Origin: Chthonomonadales bacterium
GTDB taxonomy: Bacteria > Armatimonadota > Chthonomonadetes > Chthonomonadales > CAJBBX01
Reading direction: 5' to 3'
DNA length: 64,000 nt
Assembly (NCBI GenBank): GCA_049967475.1
Contig: JBMFSQ010000004.1
Coordinates: 102,025-166,024 of the forward strand
How positions within the stretch are numbered: the first letter of the stretch is position 1; every line of letters begins with the position of its first letter. The position numbers and the translations under genes were made by a program. This document shows positions 20,539 through 30,082 of this stretch, piece by piece. The notes beneath the pieces are model-generated. The model saw nothing but the letters and a program-made list of their open reading frames with translations. It ran no database searches and was not told where the DNA came from.

Positions 20539-21963
20539 ATGAACCGCGAGATCCTTGGGCATTTGGCCGCCATAGTAGGCGCAGACGGTGTGGTCGCCGA
20601 TAACGCGGCCCGGGCGACGTACAACTGTGACGCGTACACGGTGGATCGCGCCGAACCCGACGTGGTGGTCCTGCCGCGCAGCACGGAGGAGGTCGCGGCC
20701 ATCGTTCAGCTCTGCAATCGCCTGGGCGTACCCTGCACTCCGCGTGGCACGGGCACGGGACTGAGCGGCGGTGCGACGCCGTTGGAGGGCGGTGTCGTCC
20801 TGTCCACGGTGCGCATGAACCGCATCCTCTCCATAGACGTTCCCAACAGACGCCTTACAGCTCAGGCAGGATGCATCAACCTCAACGTCACAAAGGCAGT
20901 GTCTGGGGATGGGTACCATTTTGCGCCCGATCCATCCAGCCAAGGCGCCTGTACGATAGGCGGGAATGTGGCCGAAAACTCCGGGGGTCCCCACACGCTC
21001 AAGTATGGGGTAACGGCGAACCATGTGACGGCGTTACGGATGGTCCTTCCCACGGGAGAAGTGGTAACGCTTGGAAGCCCGCTGGAAGAGATTTGGGGTT
21101 ATGACCTGGTGGGTTTGGTGGTGGGCTCAGAAGGAACCCTGGGCATCGTCACGGAGGTGACTGTCCGTCTGACCCCTCTACCGCAGGCATTCCGAACCCT
21201 GCTGGCGGTGTTCCCAACGGTGGAAGGGTGCACGAACGCAGTGTCTCAAATCATCGCAGCGGGCATTATTCCTGCGGCGTTGGAGATGATTGACCGCGTC
21301 ATTTTGAACGCCATCGAAGATGCCTTCCACCTGGGGCTTCCACGCGATGCAGCCGCAGTGCTCATTGTCGAAGTAGACGGCTTCGAGGCCGGCTTGGACG
21401 ATGAGGCGGCGGAAATCCAGTCTGTGTGCTACGCGAACGGAGCCGTGGAGGTTCGCTCTGCTGCAAGCGCCCAGGACCGGGCGCGCTTGTGGATTGCGCG
21501 GAAGAAGGGTGTGGGAGCCGCAGGCCGATTGGCTCCCAGCATCATCACGCAGGACGGAGTGATCCCTAGGAGCAAGCTGCCGTATGTACTTCGCGAGATT
21601 GCCGGCATCGCTGCGAAGCATCACATCCGCGTGTGCAATATCTTCCACGCGGGCGACGGGAACCTGCACCCATGTGTTCTCTTTGATGAGCGCGACGCGG
21701 ACGAGGTGCAGCGTGTTCTCGCGGCGGGACGTGAAATCTTGGAACTGTGTGTGCGCGTGGGCGGCTCCGTCACCGGTGAGCATGGCGTGGGGGTAGAGAA
21801 GATCAACGCCATGAAGCTTATGTATTCCGACGAGGATTTGGATGTGATGGAACGCATCCGCCGCGTATTCAATCCTGATAACCTGTGCAATCCCGGGAAG
21901 CTCTTTCCTGCGAGCCATTCGTGCGTGGAAGTGAAGTGGAAGCCAAGGGCCGCCTTCGTTTAA
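20539..21963 (+). CDS. glcD: Glycolate oxidase FAD subunit GlcD
   Basis: PRGTGTGLSGG, PDPSSQ, ENSGGPHTLKYG, FHAGDGNLHP, GEHGVG, NPGK. Confidence 0.92.
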   Translation: MNREILGHLAAIVGADGVVADNAARATYNCDAYTVDRAEPDVVVLPRSTEEVAAIVQLCNRLGVPCTPRGTGTGLSGGATPLEGGVVLSTVRMNRILSIDVPNRRLTAQAGCINLNVTKAVSGDGYHFAPDPSSQGACTIGGNVAENSGGPHTLKYGVTANHVTALRMVLPTGEVVTLGSPLEEIWGYDLVGLVVGSEGTLGIVTEVTVRLTPLPQAFRTLLAVFPTVEGCTNAVSQIIAAGIIPAALEMIDRVILNAIEDAFHLGLPRDAAAVLIVEVDGFEAGLDDEAAEIQSVCYANGAVEVRSAASAQDRARLWIARKKGVGAAGRLAPSIITQDGVIPRSKLPYVLREIAGIAAKHHIRVCNIFHAGDGNLHPCVLFDERDADEVQRVLAAGREILELCVRVGGSVTGEHGVGVEKINAMKLMYSDEDLDVMERIRRVFNPDNLCNPGKLFPASHSCVEVKWKPRAAFV

Positions 21964-22439
21964 GGATCCGGAGCCGATTTTGTGTGAAAGCGCTTTCCAT
22001 AGAAGTCGTGGTGGAGAATGAAGGGCGCAAGGCTCGCGTTGGGCCGCAGATCGAGCAGGTCGTTGCCCGCCTGACCGGGGAAGTTGCTTCCTGGGTTCGG
22101 TTCCCATGCAATCTGGGCCACAACTCGGCGGGGCTGCAGGAGCTGGGGGTTCAGGTGGAGAACACCGAGGCCGTAAAGGCCCAGGTAGCCCGCGATGGCC
22201 AAGCGAGACGCCCACAGAGTGAAGCGCGGCTGGCGGCGGCGCGCCCATTCCAGCACAAAGATCGGTCCGGCCAGAAGGATGATCTTGCCGACGGCGAACC
22301 AGTGCGGGCCCAGGGCAAGGTAGTAACGGAAGATGGGGTTTCCTTCCTGCGCCCCATGATGTTGCACCCAGATCAGTGTAGTTGCCAGGTCTAGAATGCC
22401 GATGGCTGCGATGACCACGCTTTCAGCAGCGATGCCCAT
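21960..22439 (-). CDS. DUF5658-like small membrane protein
   Basis: ILDLATT...EGNP...K hallmark and three hydrophobic segments; GAGGAGG RBS. Confidence 0.7.
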   Translation of the reverse strand: MGIAAESVVIAAIGILDLATTLIWVQHHGAQEGNPIFRYYLALGPHWFAVGKIILLAGPIFVLEWARRRQPRFTLWASRLAIAGYLGLYGLGVLHLNPQLLQPRRVVAQIAWEPNPGSNFPGQAGNDLLDLRPNASLAPFILHHDFYGKRFHTKSAPDP

Positions 22440-22559
22440 GGGCACGTTCCTCCTCAGTCAGCGGACACGCTTCCGGTGTGCGTTTCGTTTCCGGGCGGTC
22501 CCGGCCATGATGAGTTCACCCGGCGCTCATCCATCGCCAGGTGTTGGAGGGGCCGGGCA

Positions 22560-23807
22560 GTGACATCCGAATCCTCATTCCATATTTCCTCGCTTATTCG
22601 CGAGGATCAGGTCAATGTGCCTGCGATTGACGGCCGAAGCCCGGATTACGTACTGAGCCCCTGCTCTGAAGAGGAGTTCACGGAGGCTGTTGCGTGGGCA
22701 CGCCGAACCAAGTGCGCCCTTGTTCCCATTGGCGGCGCGACCGAAGTCGCCCAGGGGAACCCGTTGAGATGCGGCGCGTGGTCTGCCGTGTGTACGACGA
22801 GTTGGGCCGGCATCGTGGACTACAGTCCTGAGGATCTCGTGATCACGGTGCGGGCCGGAACGACGCTCCAGGATCTTCAGAACGCCCTGCAGCCTCACAA
22901 TCAGATGCTTCCCTTCGATCCGCCCTTTCCTGGCCGGGCGACGATCGGAGGCATCACGGCGACGAACGCCCAGGGCTTGTGGCGCTCCCTATTCGGGCTG
23001 CCCAGGGATCGCCTGCTCGGCCTGCGCTTCGTCACCGGGGACGGCCGCATCGTCAAAGCGGGTGGGAAGGTCGTCAAGAATGTGGCCGGGTACGACGTGG
23101 GCAAAGTGATGGCGGGTTCCTGGGGCACATTGGGCATCATTACAGAGGTTACGTACAAGACACAGCCGCTTCCGCAAGCTCGTTTGGCCCTCGTTGCAGG
23201 CGGCGGTGATATTGCGTCCCTCCTAGAGGCTGCCCAGGCTTTGTACCGGGAACGACTGGAACCTGCATATGCAGTCGTCCGCCTGGTACCCGAAGCGCGC
23301 CTTATGATCGGCCTCATGGGCAATCGGAATAGGTGCGCCTGGCAGGCATCCGCCATCCGCGATTTGCTGGCAAAGATGGGCATTTCAGCAGACGTACGGC
23401 CCGATGATGGAGCGGCTGCCCTCGAGGATGAGGTGCGCCACGCGGGCGCTGAATGTTGTGCAGCACTGCGCGTGATCACTGCGCCTTCAGATCTGGTTTC
23501 CCTTTACAGCCAAAGCGCGCCGGTAATCTGCCGGAGAGCCCAGGCGGCAAACGTTTATGCGGCAACAGGCATCACGGATCTTTTCTTCGGTTCGACCGAT
23601 GCAGCGGTGGAGGTAGCCGCTGCTCTCCATAATGCGCTTCCAACGGCTGGTCGCATCGTATGGCAGAAGATGCCTCCCAATTTCGCTGTGGTTGATGCTT
23701 GGGGTTCTGCGGGGGATGCAGGCGCCTTTCGCCTCATGGGCAAACTCAAGGATGCATTGGACCCAGACGGCATCTTGTGTCCGGGCCGCTTCGTGGGGAG
23801 GCTTTGA
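22560..23807 (+). CDS. glcE: Glycolate oxidase subunit GlcE
   Basis: GIVDYSPEDL, ATIGG, GGKVVKNVAGYD, GSWGTLG, DPDGILCPGR; start uncertain. Confidence 0.88.
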   Translation: MTSESSFHISSLIREDQVNVPAIDGRSPDYVLSPCSEEEFTEAVAWARRTKCALVPIGGATEVAQGNPLRCGAWSAVCTTSWAGIVDYSPEDLVITVRAGTTLQDLQNALQPHNQMLPFDPPFPGRATIGGITATNAQGLWRSLFGLPRDRLLGLRFVTGDGRIVKAGGKVVKNVAGYDVGKVMAGSWGTLGIITEVTYKTQPLPQARLALVAGGGDIASLLEAAQALYRERLEPAYAVVRLVPEARLMIGLMGNRNRCAWQASAIRDLLAKMGISADVRPDDGAAALEDEVRHAGAECCAALRVITAPSDLVSLYSQSAPVICRRAQAANVYAATGITDLFFGSTDAAVEVAAALHNALPTAGRIVWQKMPPNFAVVDAWGSAGDAGAFRLMGKLKDALDPDGILCPGRFVGRL

Positions 23808-23810
23808 TCC

Positions 23811-25106
23811 ATGGAAGGGAATGGGGCTCCGCCGTATCCTGAAGAGCCTTACACTCTCAAGTGCGTGCGGTGTGGCTTCTGCCTGGACGCGTGCCCGACG
23901 TTCCGGGTGACGGGCAACGAGGCCGAATCCCCACGCGGACGCATCGCCCTCGTTCGCGGCGTCGGCGAGGGGCACCTCGCTCTCGATGGTGAGGTGCTGC
24001 GCCACATGGATGCCTGCCTGGGCTGCCGCGCGTGCGAAACCGCCTGTCCGTCTGGCGTGCCGTTCGGGTCTATTCTTGAGAGTTTTCGTGCACGTACGGA
24101 ACAGGCAGATGCCCGGCCTGCTTTCCAGCGTGCGGCCCGCAGGATGCTTCTGGGCATTCTTACCCGTCCCCGGTTGCTGCGGAGCGCACTCGCTGCAAGG
24201 CACGCAGTGGAGCGTTTAGGATGGAGGGCAGACCGGTTCCCAGAGTGGGTCGGAGATTTGCTGGGAGCCGGGGGCGGGCAGACTATTGAGCTGCCTGCGG
24301 CAGTTGATACAGTGCCCGAGAAGATGCCGCCGTTCAATCCGGCGGATGCGCCGCGCCGCTTCACGGTCGCCGTGCTGCCGGGCTGCGTCATGCCCGTGTT
24401 GTATCCCGGCATCAACACCGCCACTGTACGGGTGCTTCAATGGGCAGGGTGCGACGTTTTGGTTCCCCAGGCGGCAGGCTGTTGCGGCGCCCTGCATCTT
24501 CACGCAGGGTACCGTGAAGAGGCGAAGGCGTTGGCCCGCCGCCTCATTGATGCGCTGCAGCCGGCCCAATTCGATGCGCTTGTAATCAATTCTGCCGGGT
24601 GCGGCTCCACTGTAAAGGAATATGGCGAGCTCTTGGCGGACGATGCGCGCTATTCCGCCGATGCACGCTCCTTGGCGGCGAAGACCAAAGACGTCATGGA
24701 GTTTCTGGACGAGATCGGCATCCCAGAAATCCCAGGGCGGTACGAGCGGTTGGTAGCCTATCATGAGGCTTGCCACCTCGTGCACGCCCAGCGTGTCAGC
24801 GCGGCGCCCCGCCGTATTCTGGAGAAGATCCCCGGCCTGCGGCTTGTGGAGCTGGCCGAAGCAGATCAATGCTGCGGCAGCGCCGGAATCTACTCGTTTC
24901 TTCAGCCCGGATTTGCCGCTGAGCTGTTGCGCCGAAAGGTATGCGCCGTTGCTGCTGCCGGCGCCGACGTTCTGGCCGCGGGGAACCCCGGATGCTTGGC
25001 CTGGATCGCTCGAGGATTGAAGGATCACAATATTCGGATGGAGTTGCGCCATCCCGTGGAAATCCTTGCCGCTGCGCTGGACCCGCCGGCTGTTCGTCCT
25101 ACGTGA
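23811..25106 (+). CDS. glcF: Glycolate oxidase Fe-S subunit GlcF
   Basis: CVRCGFCLDACPT, CLGCRACETACPSGV, two CCG domains. Confidence 0.92.
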   Translation: MEGNGAPPYPEEPYTLKCVRCGFCLDACPTFRVTGNEAESPRGRIALVRGVGEGHLALDGEVLRHMDACLGCRACETACPSGVPFGSILESFRARTEQADARPAFQRAARRMLLGILTRPRLLRSALAARHAVERLGWRADRFPEWVGDLLGAGGGQTIELPAAVDTVPEKMPPFNPADAPRRFTVAVLPGCVMPVLYPGINTATVRVLQWAGCDVLVPQAAGCCGALHLHAGYREEAKALARRLIDALQPAQFDALVINSAGCGSTVKEYGELLADDARYSADARSLAAKTKDVMEFLDEIGIPEIPGRYERLVAYHEACHLVHAQRVSAAPRRILEKIPGLRLVELAEADQCCGSAGIYSFLQPGFAAELLRRKVCAVAAAGADVLAAGNPGCLAWIARGLKDHNIRMELRHPVEILAAALDPPAVRPT

Positions 25107-25133
25107 GAGACCGATGGGCTGGGGCAGGCGGGA

Positions 25134-25163
25134 TTGACTTCCGTAGACGGCCGCTGATATACT
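25134..25163 (+). promoter_or_regulatory. sigma70 promoter of tRNA-Ser
   Basis: TTGACT-N18-TATACT. Confidence 0.7.
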
Positions 25164-25185
25164 AGCCGGGTGATGACACCCGCGC

Positions 25186-25280
25186 GGAGCGATGTCCGAG
25201 TTGGCCGAAGGAGCACGACTGGAAATCGTGTAACGGAGCACAAACTCCGTTCGTGGGTTCGAATCCCACTCGCTCCGCCA
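25186..25280 (+). tRNA. tRNA-Ser (GGA)
   Basis: GGAGCGA...CACGA-CTGGAAA-TCGTG, long variable arm AACGGAG/CTCCGTT, GGTTCGAATCC, TCGCTCC-G-CCA. Confidence 0.96.
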
Positions 25281-25318
25281 TCCATGCGTCTTACGGTCCA
25301 GTGCACTGGGGCATCCGG

Positions 25319-26758
25319 ATGAACCGAACGCTCATTCGGCGAACCGTGATGGTGGGACTGGTGCTGCCGTTCCTTTACTTCGGCGCGGCGAGCGCCATGT
25401 TCGTCTATACGATTTACCGCCAAAACACCAGCGGGATGCGCCTGCAGCTTCCGAGCGCATCCCCTCCGAGTTCAGATCAACGCATCCTCATCTTTGCTCC
25501 TCATTGCGATGACGAGACGCTTGGTGCGGGCGGGCTGATCCAGAGGGCGGTGAGGGCGGGAGCGCGCGTCCGCGTCGTCATGATTACGAACGGCGATGGC
25601 TTTCGCGTTGCTGTAGAACGGGAATTCCGGGCTCTGCGCGTGTCCCCCCGAGACTATGTGCGCTTCGCAGCGGTGCGGCAAGATGAGTCTCTTGCGGCGC
25701 TGATGCTCCTGGGACTGCACCGGGACGATGTGGACTTTTTGGGCTATCCGGATCGTGGATTGATGGCCCTGTGGACCGTCAACTGGTCTCCAGATCATCC
25801 GTTCACTTCAGCATATACCCAAGTGGATCGCTCGCCATACGAACGAGCCTTTCGCCCCAACGCTGTGTACTGCGGTCAATATTTGTTGGAAGACATTACT
25901 TCGGTGCTTCAGGAATTCCGGCCCACGGATGTGTACGTAACCCATCCTTCGGATGATCATGCAGATCACGCGGCGGCGAGCGCCTTTGTAACGCGGGCTC
26001 TTCAGGCGTTGAGAGAAGAAGGAGCTTCATGGGCCGCTTCCTGCCGGCTGCGCTATTACTTGGTTCACCGGGGCGACTGGCCGGTACCGCAAGGACTGCA
26101 GGAACGTGCTCTTCTGATGCCGCCTGCGGAGATGGCAGAACTGGACACTTCTTGGCAGGCGTTCCCGCTTTCTCCGCAGGAAGAGGCGCGCAAGAGGCAG
26201 GCTATTCTGACCTACCATAGCCAGGTCGCCGTTATGAAGCGCTTCCTCGTGTCCTTCGTACGGCGCAACGAGCTGTTCGGCGAATTAGCCCCAGGAATTG
26301 CACCCTCAGTGCCGGAGGGGATGGTCCGTGTAGATGGCGACCCCGCCGAATGGAACAGCATTGCGCCGGTAGCACTGGATCCTGTGAGGGACAACCTTTT
26401 GCGCGACTTCCAGGCCGGCGGAGACGTTCAGCGTGTCTACGCTTGCCACGACGCGCGCTACCTGTACTTGCGCGTGGATACTGCCAGACCTCTCTCTCAT
26501 AGGGTCGAGTTCCGCATCTCCATACGCTACTTTGGAGATCCTCGTCTGGGGGAGGCCGGGGGATTTGAGCGCATCATTGTCCGTTCCGATGGCAGCGCGA
26601 CCCCCGCAGACATGCCCGTAGGCGAGGCGGACAACCGGCTTGAAGCGGCGATCCGCCTTCGAGACTTGGGCTACAGCCGTCACCTCGCCGTCAATGTGGA
26701 AACCTTATTTGCCGGACTTCTGGTAGATCGCACGGGCTATCGCTTCGTGGATCTCTAG
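25319..26758 (+). CDS. Membrane-anchored PIG-L/LmbE family deacetylase with C-terminal beta-sandwich domain
   Basis: N-terminal TM, APHCDDE, TNGD, RQDE, LGYPD, DDHADH, HSQ; C-terminal VDGDPAEW...HDARYLYLRVD. Confidence 0.85.
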   Translation: MNRTLIRRTVMVGLVLPFLYFGAASAMFVYTIYRQNTSGMRLQLPSASPPSSDQRILIFAPHCDDETLGAGGLIQRAVRAGARVRVVMITNGDGFRVAVEREFRALRVSPRDYVRFAAVRQDESLAALMLLGLHRDDVDFLGYPDRGLMALWTVNWSPDHPFTSAYTQVDRSPYERAFRPNAVYCGQYLLEDITSVLQEFRPTDVYVTHPSDDHADHAAASAFVTRALQALREEGASWAASCRLRYYLVHRGDWPVPQGLQERALLMPPAEMAELDTSWQAFPLSPQEEARKRQAILTYHSQVAVMKRFLVSFVRRNELFGELAPGIAPSVPEGMVRVDGDPAEWNSIAPVALDPVRDNLLRDFQAGGDVQRVYACHDARYLYLRVDTARPLSHRVEFRISIRYFGDPRLGEAGGFERIIVRSDGSATPADMPVGEADNRLEAAIRLRDLGYSRHLAVNVETLFAGLLVDRTGYRFVDL

Positions 26759-26830
26759 GGCAAGCCCGGCTCTGCCATTCGTCACCGTAGGATCGCCCGG
26801 AGCGCGCTTCGTGGTTTGTACCATCCCGGG

Positions 26831-27919
26831 TCAGCGAAGGAGTTGGAGGATGCTTTCTGCTGCCCGATCGGCGCCGGATGCCGGCACCAATGCACGGGCC
26901 GCTTCCCCGATCCGGCGGGCAGTGTCGCCGTCCAGCAATTTGGTGGCGGCGGCGCTGATCTGTTCCGGTGTGGGTGACGGGATCAGAAGACCCGCTCCGG
27001 CCTCAGCGATCTGGCGGGCGCGGGCTTCCTGATCGTCTACTTGGCGCGGGAAGGGTAGGAACGCAGTGGGTACGCCGTGGTGGAGCAGCTCCATGGCGGT
27101 GTTGTATCCGGCCGCGGAGATAGCTGCGTCAAAGGCGGGAAAAAGCTCGCACATGGGGTAGTAGGATACCGGGCTGAGAGATGCGCTTCGGCGTAGTGTC
27201 CCATAGTACAGGGGAGGGCACGCTACTGCGAGATGGACGTCTCGCAACGGTTGCAGGGCTGCTACGGCGGTTGCCAGCGCGGCGTCCATCGCAGCGTCGC
27301 CGCCTCCGCCAAATGTAAGGTAGAGAACCTTTCCTTGCGGCGGCAACCCCAGGATGTGTCGTGCATCCTCTCTGGACTTTGCCTCTGTGCGGTCGCGGAT
27401 CATAATGGGGCCTGTAAACACCCGATCGAGTCCCTCGGGGAGCGGGTATATTTCCTCGTCTTCTCTATGCGGGATGATTGCGAGATCGTAGAGGCGCAGG
27501 GAGTTCTGCACGAGCGCCGAGCCTGCGACCTCAGGACGCTGGACGCGGTACACGAATACCTTGCGCGAATCCCATTGGAGTACGGGAAGCAATTCCTGAA
27601 TGGACCCTGCAGGAAACGTGTCTACTACGAGGATATGCGGGTGGAATGAGGCGAGCAGGTTCAGCGTTACTGTTTGAACCATGCGCGCGTAGGTTACCGG
27701 CCGGATCATGCCCGTGCTGCGCAGCGTTTTTGAGGGCACTTTGAAGGCGGCGAAACCCTCACGATAGACCACGTCTTCTGCATCGGATGAAGTGAGGAAG
27801 ATGATCTCGGAATGAGGGCTTCGCCGTCTGATGGCGCGCGCAATGGCGAGGAGGCGGGTTACATGCCCCAATCCCAGCCCGTTGACTGCATAGAAGAGGA
27901 TGCGCGTGAAAGTCGTCAT
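26831..27919 (-). CDS. GT-B glycosyltransferase (GT28 C-terminal-like)
   Basis: NGLGLGHVTR, VDTFPAG, TFGGGG, SAAGYNT, DDQEARA. Confidence 0.82.
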   Translation of the reverse strand: MTTFTRILFYAVNGLGLGHVTRLLAIARAIRRRSPHSEIIFLTSSDAEDVVYREGFAAFKVPSKTLRSTGMIRPVTYARMVQTVTLNLLASFHPHILVVDTFPAGSIQELLPVLQWDSRKVFVYRVQRPEVAGSALVQNSLRLYDLAIIPHREDEEIYPLPEGLDRVFTGPIMIRDRTEAKSREDARHILGLPPQGKVLYLTFGGGGDAAMDAALATAVAALQPLRDVHLAVACPPLYYGTLRRSASLSPVSYYPMCELFPAFDAAISAAGYNTAMELLHHGVPTAFLPFPRQVDDQEARARQIAEAGAGLLIPSPTPEQISAAATKLLDGDTARRIGEAARALVPASGADRAAESILQLLR

Positions 27920-28099
27920 GGTGCCTCGTGCCGCCGCCGAGCTGCCTTCTCCGACCGGACCGCGCCGGGCGCCGGGGTTTTCAGTCGGGATGTGAGCACG
28001 TGAACGCCTTCAAATCCGCCCCGGATCCCACGGGAGCGCCGGGCGTATAGCGAGGATCCCGGTCCCGGTATGGCTTCTGCTACGAAGAACGGGCCATGC

Positions 28100-29905
28100 C
28101 TAAGACCGGTCGCTTCCTGCAAACCCGCCTGCATCGCCTGCCGTGTCTTGTAGGAAGTCCGTTCCTGCGGCGTCATCAGGCGGGCGCGTGAAGTCTCCGT
28201 ATCCTGCAGCTTGGCCGCCGTAGTAGTCCCGATAGACTTCGTGATCCGGGTAGAAGACGTATGTGTTTCCTCCCCAGCCGCCGCCCCATCCCCATCCCAT
28301 GGGGTGGTGCCAGTTCCAGAACATGTTGTCTATGAGGCTCAGGGCCACGAGGTCCCCCAGGAAGGAACCGGTGCCCATGCGGTAGTAGTCGCGGTAGGGA
28401 TCGTATCCTTGGTAGGCGTACCAAGGCACGTAGCGGCCGTTGTCGTTGAAGGCCCGGATCTGCGGCATTTGACCTGTCTTGATGGTTGCCAGGTCGTCCG
28501 GACAGGCGAGGACCTTCTGCTGCTGTCCGCTCAGATTTACCGTGACCGGGGTGAGTTCACTCAGAAGCATGGGGCGAGAGCAGAAGAAGCACACGCCCCG
28601 CTGGTCCGCGGGCACCGTGCTCCAATCCTGTGGGGGAGGCGCCTGAGTTTGGGTGGGGGGTACGGCATCCGGCACGGAAGGTGGGGCGCCACCTGCGGAC
28701 CGGTCTATGAGAGCTCGCCCGCGGGCGATATCGCCCTGCGCCTGGTCCAGCAAACTTTGCGCTCGTCCCAAGTCTACGTACGAGCGGGCGCTACGGATGA
28801 TGCGGGATGCTTCGTCGAGTTTGGTGCCTGCAGCGATGCGGTATTGGCGCACCTGGGCGGCAAGGGCAGGATCGAGAGAAGCCGCACTTTCTTCCAGCAT
28901 GTTGATCCCAGCGATGACCTCGCTCTTCTGGGTATTGAGGGGACCCATGCGCGCATGCATCTCACGCTTGTTGGCGATTGCACGGCCGAGAACTGCGAGG
29001 AAAAAGATAAGTGCCACTACCGCCGCGATGATTGCCACGATGAGCCCCACAGGGTCCCGGTGCGTCACCGGAACGGGTACAGGCGCGCCGACACCCGTCT
29101 GGATGGAGGGGGCCGACGCGGTATGTGCCTGAACGAGACCCTTGGCCAGCGCCTCCAACCCTTCCGTATAGCGGCCGGCCTCAATTTGGGGTGCTACCTG
29201 ACCGGTAAGATCGCGTATCGTGTCTCGGCTGAGGCTTTTGGTCGCCACAGCGATGCCGCGCCGGCTTGCCAGAATGACGTACCCCTGCCCCTGATTGATG
29301 TAACTCTTGAGGTAGTTGAGGATGCGGTCTCCTTCGCGTGCAAGCGAGGCGGAGCGGTAGTCTCGATTAAACACTACGAACTTCACTACAGTGGGGCGCA
29401 GCTCCAAACTCACCTTCTCCAGGCGGTCGGGATCCACGCGGATTCCTGGCTCCACATATACATCGCCGTTTATGAGCCGTTGCGTGATGGAGCCGCCTGT
29501 GGCAGCAGCCCGCTGTGATGGTGTGGGCACGGCTCCGGCTTCAGTGCGGGCACCGGTGACGGCGATGCCTACTTTGGACCGAAGCCGCTGAAGCGTCTCT
29601 TCGTACTTGGCAGGTGAAGAGGCGAACGTGTGCTGAGGGTCTATCTGCGCGGCTTTCTCAACCGCCCGCAATGCATCGGCGTACCGGCCGAGTTTGTTGT
29701 AAGCGAAGTTAAGCTGCCACCACGCCTTGGCGTCGCCGGGCTGTTCCTTTACAGCCTGTTCGAGTTTGACCACAGCTTCCTGGTATTTCCCGGCTTTATA
29801 CAGGGCGCGGCCCTCGGTAAGCGGATCGGCAGATGCAGACGCGCCCATGGCAATGCAAAGGACCAAGACCATGGCCCACGCAGATTTGGGGCGATGCATA
29901 GACAC
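28100..29905 (-). CDS. TPR + TPM-like extracytoplasmic domains, single TM, Cys-rich cytoplasmic domain
   Basis: Signal peptide, TPR consensus (LEQAVKEQPGDAKAWWQL...AVEKAAQIDP), TM near aa 287-310, CFFC...ACPDD, aromatic/Gly-rich tail. Confidence 0.75.
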   Translation of the reverse strand: MSMHRPKSAWAMVLVLCIAMGASASADPLTEGRALYKAGKYQEAVVKLEQAVKEQPGDAKAWWQLNFAYNKLGRYADALRAVEKAAQIDPQHTFASSPAKYEETLQRLRSKVGIAVTGARTEAGAVPTPSQRAAATGGSITQRLINGDVYVEPGIRVDPDRLEKVSLELRPTVVKFVVFNRDYRSASLAREGDRILNYLKSYINQGQGYVILASRRGIAVATKSLSRDTIRDLTGQVAPQIEAGRYTEGLEALAKGLVQAHTASAPSIQTGVGAPVPVPVTHRDPVGLIVAIIAAVVALIFFLAVLGRAIANKREMHARMGPLNTQKSEVIAGINMLEESAASLDPALAAQVRQYRIAAGTKLDEASRIIRSARSYVDLGRAQSLLDQAQGDIARGRALIDRSAGGAPPSVPDAVPPTQTQAPPPQDWSTVPADQRGVCFFCSRPMLLSELTPVTVNLSGQQQKVLACPDDLATIKTGQMPQIRAFNDNGRYVPWYAYQGYDPYRDYYRMGTGSFLGDLVALSLIDNMFWNWHHPMGWGWGGGWGGNTYVFYPDHEVYRDYYGGQAAGYGDFTRPPDDAAGTDFLQDTAGDAGGFAGSDRS

Positions 29906-30082
29906 CTCCAGAGCCTAGCCGGCGGCTTACGAATTGGGCGAGACTGGCGCTCAGCCAGCCGATGATGTTGAATTGCACGGCGATTATAACAGATACCTTG
30001 CTCCACACACAACCTCCTGCCGGCGGGGATGGATGCGCGAGGCGTGCCGGCGGTCAATAGATGCTGTGTATAATAGAGTGTC

